A DNA stretch of 38,969 bases from Malacoraja senta (Eukaryota). Shown here piece by piece: positions 12,311 to 22,950 of this stretch. A model generated the notes under the pieces. That model was not told where the DNA came from and did not search any database. It saw only the letters and a program-made list of their open reading frames with translations. The stretch is taken from the NCBI GenBank assembly GCA_038087875.1, contig JAXLNO010000426.1, positions 1-38,969 on the forward strand, in the 5' to 3' direction. A program made the position numbers and the translations under genes. Each line of letters begins with the position of its first letter. Within the stretch, counting starts at the first letter, position 1.

Positions 12311-13543
12311 CATCTCTGGATAGGTGACATTTTACGTCAGGACCCTTCTTAAGTCTAATGTTTTGGGTCGGGACCCTACTTCAGAATGACATAAATAAGT
12401 CTTTTTTTAGGTTGACAAGATGTAATTAATGCTGTGCCACAACGGTCTCAATTCATTAAAATTTATAGAAATAACTTGGATGAAGGTACTGAACATGTGG
12501 TTGCTACATTTTCTGAAGGCACATAAACCAGCAGAAAAATTATTTGTGCAGCAGACATAAGAAGGCTACAAAGGGACAATAGGAAAGGTAATTAAGTGGG
12601 CAAAGATCTGAGAAATAGATTATAATGTGAGAAAATATGACATTATCTATTTTGGCAGCCAAACCATCCCATTACATCCAGAAGCAGTTCGGGATGAGAA
12701 CCACTGCTTTCTGAGCTCAAACGGAACCTTGCACAAGTAACATTTATGCTTTGCAAACAATTTCCCCAAATTATAGGCAGTCATTACGTGCAACCACTCT
12801 TAAGACTCAAGAATCTTGTCATCATAAGACATCAACCTTCCACATCGAGCACGTGAAAAACACTTCCTTTTGAGTGAATGTCACAGCTAGTACCTTTTTA
12901 GCACGTGTATTAAGCCATAGTAGAGGGCTTAGGTTTGAAAGAAATTTGAGGCCCAAGGAAGAATTTATAATCCAAAAGTTGGCATAAAGTTTAATTAGCA
13001 CAGACCAGGAAAAGATTAGTTGCGCTTGGCCCACTGGATTATTATTTGCTAACAGAAATAACAGCTGGATTTTGTTCTGACTTTCCCTTCTTCTCCTTTG
13101 GCCAATAACTCATGCAGACTTAGATTCCAAAGATATTGGCAGACCGCTGTGTCCAACTGCTTCCCAGGTAATTATTTCTCACATATGAATCTAGGTACTG
13201 GCTCACAACAGAATCCTGAACAGTCCCAGTGCCCATTGCAGAGATTCATGAGATGGCGTTCAAAACTGGGAACCCAGGTTAATTCATCTTTTCTCTGTAC
13301 AGAGACATAGAGGCCCCACGACAGAAATCATGTCTGGCTACATCTATGGGAAGAGAAAGTGAGTCACAGTTTTTTTCGGATGAACATCTTTGGCCTGAAA
13401 TGTTAACTCTGTTTCTCTTTCCACAAATTCAGTCTAAACTGCTGAGGATCTCAATATAAAAAACAAAAATTAGCCCTTCAACATCTACAGTTTGTGTTCT
13501 TTTCATGTGCTGGTGTATCTGACCTCTCTGTCATTCAGCTCAG

Positions 13544-13556
13544 TGCTGAGTCAGCA
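13544..13556. promoter_or_regulatory. Perfect palindromic T-MARE (Maf/AP-1/ARE-type site)
   Basis: TGCTGAGTCAGCA; the paralog has AGCTGAGTCAGCA at 20678-20690. Function is not shown by sequence. Confidence 0.45.
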
Positions 13557-14013
13557 GCCCTGCTCAGCTGAGAGGGCGGGCTCATTTTTATTTTTGGGTT
13601 CCAGCTTTCTGCCAGCCATAGCTGGTTCATATCGCCCTATGCATTTGAATGGAGTCGTTAACCTGGATTTCAACTAACTAAAGACGTTCATTAAATATGT
13701 TTTAAATAGCGTCCGTATTTTTATTACTTCAGTTGACTTCACTTGTCCCTGATTATAAAAGGCAGAAGGAGTTGAAAAGGCCTTTGTCAGCCCTAGTCGC
13801 AGACTCAAGGACATGAGACCCAGTTTCCCCCATAAACCGCTCCACTCTATCTGATCGCTGTGGAAGTAAAGTCACCTTAAAAAGTCCCATGTGGCACAAG
13901 TATCACATGTAAAGGAAGAGGGGCCGGTCAATGAACATGAGGTATGAGTTGGGTTCAGCATGATCAGGCATTATTTTTGTTATAATATATGTTAAACACT
14001 TCATCCACTTAAT

Positions 14014-17000
14014 GTAGAATGGTTGGCGGGAGGGACTCAAATAGAGAATGCTATTAGACAGTGTGTGAGGCAGGAGGCAGAGAAGGAAAGCACTCAGACC
14101 CAACATGTAGGGGGGAAAGAAGAAACAATAATAACAGAGAATAAGAGGTGGTGGGGTTCTTAAATGGGTGAGCAGAGAAACAGAGGGGTGTAAAATGCGG
14201 GCGGAAGCAATAGGTAGCAAGGTGAAAAGTAAAAGTGGTACGCAGACAAATCCAGGGCAAAAATCAAAAAGAGCCACTTTTCAACATAATTGTATAAGGG
14301 GTAAGAGCGTTGTAAAAACAAGCCTAAAGGCTTTGTGTCTCAATGCAAGGAGCATTCGTAATAAGGTGGATGAGTTGAATGTGCAGATAGCAATTAATGA
14401 TTATGATATAGTTGGGATCACGGAGACATGGCTCCAGGGTGACCAAGGCTGGGAGCTGAACATCCAGGGATATTCAATATTCAGGAGGGATAGAGAGAAA
14501 GGAAAAGGAGGTGGGGTAGCGTTGCTGGTTAGAGAGGAGATTAACGCAGTGGAAAGGAAGGACATTAGCTTGGAGGATGTGGAATCGGTATGGGTAGAGC
14601 TGCGAATCACTAAGGGGCAGAAAACGCTGGTGGGTGTTGTGTACAGGCCACCTAGCAGTAGTAGTGAAGTTGGGGATGGCATCAAACAGGAAATTAGAAA
14701 TGCGTGCAATAAAGGCAAAACAGTTATAATGGGTGACTTCAATCTACATATAGATTGGGTGAATCAAATTGGCAGGGGTGCTGAGGAAGAGGGATTTCTT
14801 GGAATGTATGAGGGATAGTTATCTAAACCAACATGTAGAGGAACCAACGAGAGAGCAGGCTATTCAGACTGGGTATTGAGTAATGAGGAAGGGTTAGTTA
14901 GCAGACTTGTTGTGCGTGCCCCCTTGGGCAAGAGTGACCATAATATGGTTGAGTTCTTCATTAGGATGGAGAGTGACATTGTTAATTCAGAAACAACGGT
15001 TCTGAACTTAAAGAAAGGTAACTTTGAGGGTATGAGACGTGAATTGGCCAAGATTGTCTGGCAATTAGTTCTAAAAGGGTTGACGGTGGATATGCAATGG
15101 AAGGCATTTGAAGACTGCATGGATGAACTACAAAAATTGTTCAGCCCAGTTTGGCAAAAGAATAAATCAGGGAATGTAGTGCATCCGTGGATAACAAGGG
15201 AAATCAGGGATAGTATCAAAGCAAAAGATGATGCGTACAAATTAGCCAGAAAAAGCAGCATACCAGAGGACTGGGAGAAATTCAGAGACAAGCAGAGGAG
15301 GACAAAGGGCTTAATTAGGAAAGGGAAAATAGATTATGAAAGGAAACTGGCTGGGAACATAAAAACTGACAGCAAAAGTTTTTATAGATATGTGAAGAGA
15401 AAGAGATTAGTTAAAACAAATGTAGGTCCCTTGCAGTCAGAAACAGGTGAATTGATCATGGGGAACAAGGATATGGCGGACCAATTGAATAACTACTTTG
15501 GTTCCGTCTTCACTAAGGAAGACATAAATAATCTGCCGGAAATAGCAGGAGGCCGCGGGTCAAAGGAGATGGAGGAACTGAGTGAAATCCAGGTTAGTCG
15601 GGAAGTGGTGTTGGGTAAATTGAATGGATTAAAGGCCGATAAATCACCAGGGCCAGATAGGCTGCATCCCAGAGTACTTAAGGAAGTAGCTCCAGAAATA
15701 GTGGATGCATTAGTGCTAATTTTTCAAAACTCTTTAGATTCTGGAGTAGTTCCTGAGGATTGGCGGGTAGCAAACGTAACCCCACTTTTTAAGAAGGGAG
15801 GGAGAGAGAAAACGGGGAATTACAGACCAGTTAGTCTAACATCGGTAGTGGGGAAACTGCTAGTCAGTTATTAAAGATGGGATAGCAGCACATTTGGAAA
15901 GTGGTGAAATCATTGGACAAAGTCAGCATGGATTTACGAAAGGTAAATCGTGTCTGACGAATCTTATAGAATTTTTCGAGGATGTAACTAGTAGAGTGGA
16001 TAGGGGAGAACCAGTGGATGTGTTGTATCTGGACTTTCAGAAGGCTTTCGACAAGGTACCACATAACAGATTAGGATACAAACTTAAATCACACGGTATT
16101 GGGGGTTCAGTATTGATGTGGATAGAGAACTGGCTGGCAAACAGGAAGCAAAGAGTAGGAGTAAACGGGTCCTTTTCACAATGGCAGGCAGTGACTAGTG
16201 GGGTACCGCAAGGCTCAGTGCTGGGAACCCAGCTATTTACAATTTATATTAATTATCTGGACGAGGGAATTGAAAGCAACATCTCCAAGTTTGCGGATGA
16301 CACTAAGCTGGGGGGCAGTGTTAGCTGTGAGGAGGATGCTAGGAGACTGCAAGGTGACTTGGATAGGCTGGGTGAGTGGGCAAATGTTTGGCAGATGCAG
16401 TATAATGTGGATAAATGTGAGGTTATCCACTTTGGTGGCAAGAACGGGAAGGCAGACTATTATCTAAATGGTGGCCGATTAGGAAATGGGGAGATGCAGC
16501 GAGACCTGGGTGTCATGGTACACCAGTCATTGAAAGTAGGCATGCAGGTGCAGCAGGCAGTGAAGAAAGCGAATGGTATGTTGGCCTTCATAGCAAGAGG
16601 ATTTGAGTATAGGAGCAGGGAGGTTCTACTGCAGTTGTACAGGGTCTTGGTGAGACCACACCTGGAGTATTGCGTACAGTTTTGGTCTCCAAATCTGAGG
16701 AAGGACATTATAGCCATAGAGGGAGTGCAGAGAAAGTTCACCAGACTGATTCCTGGGATGTCAGCACTTTCATATGAAGAAAGACTGGATAGACTTGGCT
16801 TATACTCGCTAGAATTTAGGAGATTGAGAGGGGATCTTATAGAAACGTACAAAATTCTTATGGGGTTGGACAGGCTAGATGCAGGAAGATTGTTCCCGAT
16901 GTTGGGGAAGTCCAGGACAAGGGGTCACAGCTTAAGGATAAGGGGGAAATCCTTTAAGACCGAGATGAGGAAAAACTTTTTCACACAGAGAGTGGTGAAT

Positions 17001-17228
17001 CTCTGGAACTCTCTGCCACAGAGGGTAGTTGAGGCCAGTTCATTGGCTATATTTAAGAGGGAGTTAGATGTGGCCCTTGTGGCTAAAGGGATCAGGGGGT
17101 ATGGAGAGAAGGCAGGTACGGGATACTGAGTTGGATGATCAGCCATGATCATATTGAATGGCGGTGCAGGCTCGAAGGGCCGAATGGCCTACTCCTGCAC
17201 CTATTTTCTATGTATCTATGTATCTATC
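14014..17228 (+). mobile_element. CR1 LINE, 5'-truncated, near-intact ORF2 (APE endonuclease + RT) with about three frameshifts
   Basis: LNARS, GITETW, VYRPP, MGDFN, SDH; SPGPD, NYRPVSLTS, DFQKAFDKV, GVPQGS, KFADD; breaks near 14795, 14865 and 15863; (CTATGTAT)n tail; TAAT on both sides. Confidence 0.96.
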
Positions 17229-18014
17229 TAATCACAACTATGTACCATGAACTTCACAGTGACATGAAATGCAGTAAATCTATATTTTGAGTGTGTTAGG
17301 CACTTTATTGTAGCTTCCCAAAGTATTTTAGGGTATCTATTCATTCAGTCCCATTATCTTTTATGAACTAATATAGACAACGCTGATGTTAATATTTTTC
17401 ACCCCGTATGAAAATATTGTAAGTACGATTTCTTCCACGGCCCTTATGGAATAAATCAGTGCTGATAGGAAATGAGTGAATAGTAGGTTCCTGACCTTAA
17501 AAAATCCCAATGCAGTGTTTTTCTTTCTTGGCAGCATTCTCGATCGTGCCTTAATAAAGTGCTATAAATCAACTTTTAAGATAATTTCTTTGCTTTGTTA
17601 ATGGAGATACTGTCAGGTTTTGTTGATATTAAGTGAAAGAACAAGTAGAAATATATTTCTTGAATGAGCCTGAATCACAACGATTTGCATGATGACATCA
17701 GGAATTTCAGGGCTTGTTATATATTTTCATTTAGACAATTTAAGGAGCTTTTAGGGCAATTATGTCACCACAACATTAATGTTTGATGGTCTACATTGAT
17801 AATTCAAAGCAATTTCATTGCAATTCACAGCAAACTGTCGAATACTTCAAAGTGAACGCATTACCAAAATGAATTTTGCATACTGAGGTTTAGAGGCCAA
17901 GTTATAAGGTTTTTCACTTTCCTGATAACAATTATTTCACATTGAAACTTTTTACAAGAGTTGTCAAATTCTGCCTAACACCAAACACTGAAATAACAAC
18001 TTATTCATCACTTA

Positions 18015-18752
18015 ATAGAAACAAGGAACTGAAGATGCTAGTTTGCAAAAACAAAACAACACAGGTTCATGAGCACCTCCAATAACATCATCTACTGCAT
18101 CTGGTGTACCCGATATGACCTCCTGAACATCAGTGAACCCAAGTATAGACTCGGCGACCATTTAGCTGAATACTTGTGCTCGGTCCGCCATGGTCTACCG
18201 GTTCTCCCAGTTGTCTACCATTTTAAATCCCCTCCCCATTCCCATTTCTGTCCAGGGCCTCTTCCGTTGCCAAAGAGAGGCCATATGTAAACTGGAGGAA
18301 TAGAACCTCATATTACACTTGATAGTTTACAATCCAATGATATGAACAATGAATTATCCAATTTTAGATAACTTCTAACAACCCCCCGCTCCTTTCTCCC
18401 CACACTCCCATATCTGCCCCCCCACCTCCCCTTGCTTTACCTGGACGCACCTATTTCTCCCCTCCCTCTCTACCTACATTCCTTCCTCTAGCTTCTCAAT
18501 TTGCAACTCTTCAATCCTTTTGTATGACACCTTATTTTTAATCTCTGTCCTTTGTCCAACCATCTGCGTATCAATACCCACCCCTTCCCCCCACCCCTCC
18601 GCCTGTGTTCACCTATTACTTACCATGTTATGTCCTGCCCCTTCTCCCTTCTAGCTTTATTTTTCCCCCTACGAAGTCTGAAGAAGGGTCCAGACCCAAA
18701 ACGTTACCTATCCACATTCCCCAGCTGAGTTACTGTAGTACTTTGTGTCTAT
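18015..18752 (+). mobile_element. Penelope-like element 3' fragment (decayed GIY-YIG plus terminal repeat)
   Basis: ORF 18069-18290 TSNNIIYCIWCTR...RLGDHLAEYL...PV..HF; CTGAAGAAGGGTCCAGACCCAAAACG at ~18678; short inverted terminal piece at the 5' side. Confidence 0.85.
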
Positions 18753-19194
18753 TAAAAATATAATTCATCACTCTTTGCTATGCCTTACAAATGGAATGCC
18801 ATGGATGATGATTATCCCACAATGAACTATTCTGTTTGAAGAATAAATGTGATCAATCGTGATGCAAAGCTCAGTTGAAAAGTGAAGTCTGCGGAAGAAA
18901 TAAAGGCCTAGTAATATAATGGCACACCAAGGGTCGTGCATTGGATCGCCAGGTTTTGTTTTGGGTCAGCTGCAGTGAAGTTCCACGGTGCTTGAAGGTG
19001 TTGGACATGACCATTTGCTCAATGAACTTTTCATTGTGAATGAAAATGCAGTGATGTTATTGACGGGGACTGAATTTGGAGGATCATAAGGGAGTGATGG
19101 ACTGTAGTCGGGTGCCTGATCTGAGCCTTTGGAAATGTGCGCAGAGAGAGGGACTAGTGAGTCAGCTGGATGCCAAACAAAGCCTTGGGGAGAG

Positions 19195-19350
19195 GAATGC
19201 CTGGAGATCAACATCCCCGGTAAGAAAATGGGGAGTTTTTTCCTGGAGGGGTACTGTAAGTGAGGAGAAACCAATATCCTGGCAGGCAGATTTGCTGCTG
19301 CTACTCAGGATGGCTTAAAATTGATTGGCAGGGGGGAGGGATCCAAAGCA
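19195..19350 (+). mobile_element. CR1 ORF1 (esterase-like) C-terminus and ORF2 junction remnant
   Basis: AACCAATATCCTGGCAGGCAGATTTGCTGCTGCTACT...TGGCAGGGGGG translates TNILAGRFAAAT. Confidence 0.55.
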
Positions 19351-19374
19351 GGAGCAGGAGCAGGCAGGAAATCG

Positions 19375-19643
19375 TAGTCATAGAGTCATACCACATGGAA
19401 TCAGGCCCTTCGGCCCAACTTGCCCATGATGACCAATATGCTCCATCTGCACTGGTCCCACCTGCCTGGGTTTGGTGTATATCCTTCTAAACCTTTTGTT
19501 ATCCTTGTACCTGTCCAAATGTCTTTTGAATGTTGTGACAGTACCTGCTTCAACTACCTCTGCCAGCACATTCCATATAACCACCATATAAATTCTGTGA
19601 AGATGTTTCCCCCCAGGTTCTTATTGAACATTTCCCCTCTCAT
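19375..19643 (-). mobile_element. CR1 3' end fragment
   Basis: ORF 19378-19587 WNVLAEVVEAGTVTTFKRHLDRY followed by the CR1 tail. Confidence 0.8.
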
Positions 19644-19748
19644 CGTAGTATTTCTCTTCTCGCCTTGCAAAGTTGATGAAAGCAAGTTCCATAGGCTGGA
19701 TAGGCAGGAACATGGCAATGGAGCAAGGAAGGGCAGTTTGATTAACTT

Positions 19749-20097
19749 GTCCTTGTCCCCTCTCGAGTGTCCCATCCCTATCCGGGGTGGCCGGAGATGT
19801 CCGGGGTGACCTTGGACTGACAGGACACCGGCCCGGAGCAGTGGGGGCCCAGGCTTACAGCCAGCGCGGAGAAGAAGCGCTAACTCCACTGCTCCGGGCC
19901 CATGTCCCGTCATTCCATGGCTGTCAGTTAACCCGGCGGGACAGATAGAGTTGAGCAGGAGTTAGCGATTCTTCTCCACGCTGGCTGTAAGCGTGGGCCG
20001 CCACTGCTCCAGGCCGATGTCCTGTCAGTCCAGGGTCACCCCGGACATCTCCAGCCACCCCCGGATAGGGATGGGACACTCGGGAGGGGACGGGGAC
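19749..20097. repeat. GC-rich foldback (long inverted repeat) element
   Basis: Arms 19749-19894 and 19953-20097 are reverse complements, about 90% identical by eye. Confidence 0.9.
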
Positions 20098-20270
20098 GGT
20101 CCAGTAGCAATTCAACAGCGCTTGCAGCACCGGAGACCCGGGTTCGATCCTGACGATGGATGAAACGCAGGTCTGCATACATGCAGCAGCACAGCTGCCG
20201 AGAATGTTTATCACGATTGACCTATGACCTGGGCATGCGCAGTCGGAATACCGAACTCGCTTATTTAGGG

Positions 20271-21220
20271 GACTCCAAAAGTATTGGCAGACTTCTGTGT
20301 CCAACTGCTTCCAAGGTAATTATTTCTCAAATGCGAATCTAGGTATTGGCTCACAAAAATAATCATGAACATTCCCATGCAGAGAATCTGGGATGCCGTT
20401 CAAAACTGAAAACCTGGGTTAATTTATCTTTTCTCTCTGCAGAAAGCTAGAGGTCCCACTGCAGAAATCATGTCAGGCCGCATCTATGGGAAGAGGAACA
20501 GAGTCAACACTAGTTTTGGATGAACATCTTTAACCTGAAATATTAACACTGTTTCTCTTTCCACAGAGGCAGTCTTAACTGCCGAGGATTTTAACTATTT
20601 TTCTTAGCCTTTCAACATCTACTGATTGTTTTCCTTTCATGTGCTGGTGCATCTGACCTCTCTGTCATTCAGCTCAGAGCTGAGTCAGCAGCCCTGCTCA
20701 GCTAAGAGGGCGGACTCATTTTATATTTGTGTTCCAGCTTTCTGCCAGCCATAGCGCCCCATGCATTTGAATGGAGTCGTTAACCTGGATTTCAACTAAT
20801 TAAAGACGTTCATGAAATATGTTTTAAATAGCGACCGTATTTTTAATATTTTAGTTGATTTCAATTGTCCCTGATTATAAAAGGCAGAAGGAGTTGAAAA
20901 GGCCTTTGACAGCCTTAGTCACAGACTCAAGGTCCTGAGACCCAGTTCCCCCACAAATCGCTCCGCTCTATCTGACCGCTGTGGAAGCAAAGTCAACTGA
21001 AAAGTCCAATGTGGTACAAGTATCACATTTAAAGGAAGGGGGCCGGTCAATGAACATGAGATATGAGTTGGGTTCAGCATGATCAGGCAACATTTTCTTT
21101 TGCAATATGTTAAACACTTCATCCACTTAATCACAACTATGTACCATAAACTCCACAGTGACATGAAATAAATCAATATTATGAGTGTGTTAGGCACTTT
21201 ATTGCAGCTTCCCGAAGTAT
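20271..21220. repeat. Duplicated cassette, copy 2 (uninterrupted)
   Basis: Contains the empty site CACTTAATCACAAC corresponding to the CR1 insertion in copy 1. Confidence 0.92.
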
Positions 21221-22950
21221 CCCGAGGTATGGGTCAGGTATAGATAGCTGGGATCAAGTATGTTCCTCGAGCAATTTAGGGGACTGAGGAGCATACTTGA
21301 GAAGGAAATCAAGAGGGCAAAAAGAGGGCAAGAAATAGCTCTGGCAGATAAGAATAAGGAGAATCCAAAGATATTGTATGTACATTGTGGGAGAGAGGGT
21401 AACTAGAGTGAGAATAGGGGTCCTCAGAGACCAACGTGGTGATCTATGTGTGGAACCACAGGAGATGAGTAATGTCCTCTGTGAGTATTTCTCCTCTGTT
21501 TTTAATGTGCAGAAAGACATGAAGAATAGGGAACTTGGGACCGGTAATCGAGATGCCTTGAGGACAGTCTGCATTATGGTCGAGAGGGTGCTGGACATCC
21601 TAGAGCATATGAAGGTAGATAAGTCTCCAGGGCCTGAACAGATATATCCAAGGGCATAGTGGGAAGGTAGAGAAGAGCACTGACTGAGATTTATGAATCA
21701 TCGTTAGACATAAGTGAGCTTCCGGATGACTAAAGGGTGGCTTTTGCTGTGCCTCTATTTAAGAAGAGTTTCAATGATAATCCTTGGAACTTTAGACCCA
21801 TGAGCCTAACATCTATAGTAGGTAACTTACTGAAGATAATTCTGAGGGATTATACATACATGCATCTGGATAAACAGTGGCTGATTAGGGATAGTCAACA
21901 TGGTTTTGCATGTGGGAGATCATGTCTCATGAATTTGAATGAGTTTTTTGAAGAAGTCATCATGAAGATTGATGAGGGGAAGGCCATAGATATTGTCTGT
22001 GTTGTCTTCTGCATAGTGGACTGTTCTGAAGGGTTAGTTTGAATTGCATCCAGAGAGAGCTAGCTGCCTGGATACAGAATTGGCTTCATGGAAGGAATCA
22101 GAGGGAGATGGTGGAAGATTGCTTTTTCGAACTAAAGGTCTGTGCCAAGTGGTATGCCTCAGGAATTGGTGTTAGTACAATTGCTGTTGGTGGTTTATAT
22201 CAATGATTTAGATGAGAATGTGCAAGACATAATTAGTAAGTTTGCAGATGATACTAAAGTAGGTGGTATTGTATACTGTGAAGGTGGTTATCAAAAATTA
22301 CAGCAGGATCTTGTTCATCTGGGCTGAATAATGGCTAATGGAGTTTAATGCAGATTACAGTGAGGTATTGCATTTTGGGATGTCAAACCAGGGAAAGACC
22401 TTCAGAGTGGATGGCAGGTCCCCAGGGAGTGTTCTAGGACAGCAGGATCTAGGAGTACAGGTACTCAGCTATTTGAGAGTGGTGTCACAGTTAGATAGGG
22501 TGCTATAGAAGGCCTTTGGTACATCAGCTTTCATCAATCAGTGTATTGATTATAGAAGATAGACACAAAGTGCTGCAGTAAGTCTGAAGAAGGGTTCCGA
22601 CCCAAAATGTCACCCATCATTTTTCTCCTACCTGACCCACTGAGTTACTCCAGCACTTTGTGTCTATCATTGGTATAAAACAGCATCTGCAGTTCCTTTC
22701 TACATATATTAAATATAGAAGTTGGGGCGTTATGTAACAGTTATACAGGATGTTAGTGAGATCACATTTGGAGTATTTTGTTCAGTTTTGGTCAACCTGC
22801 AATAGAAAGGATATCATTAAACTGGAAAGCGTTCAGAAACGATTTACGAGAATGCTGCCAGGTTCGTAGGCCTAAGCTATTGGGAGATATTGGGAATGCT
22901 AGGACATTATTCTTGGCTGTGCAGGAGGCTAAGATGTGACCTTATAAAGT

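Larger units (their letters stand above)
13123..17326. repeat. Duplicated cassette, copy 1 (13123-14013 plus 17229-17326), split by CR1
   Basis: Colinear direct homology with 20271-21220. Confidence 0.92.

Noticed and set aside
14168..17129. RT ORFs as a retron, group II intron or novel RT system
   Set aside because: APE endonuclease + RT with a microsatellite tail and 5' truncation is standard CR1; the 30.3-31.8 kb RT is Rex1/Babar-like.
14401..17152. Minus-strand ORFs over CR1, and similar ones at 29187-29717 and 32263-32694
   Set aside because: Antisense shadows of LINE ORF2 with no independent support.
17255..17282. CACAGTG as a V(D)J recombination signal (also in copy 2)
   Set aside because: No ACAAAAACC-like nonamer at 12- or 23-nt spacing and no V or J segment nearby.
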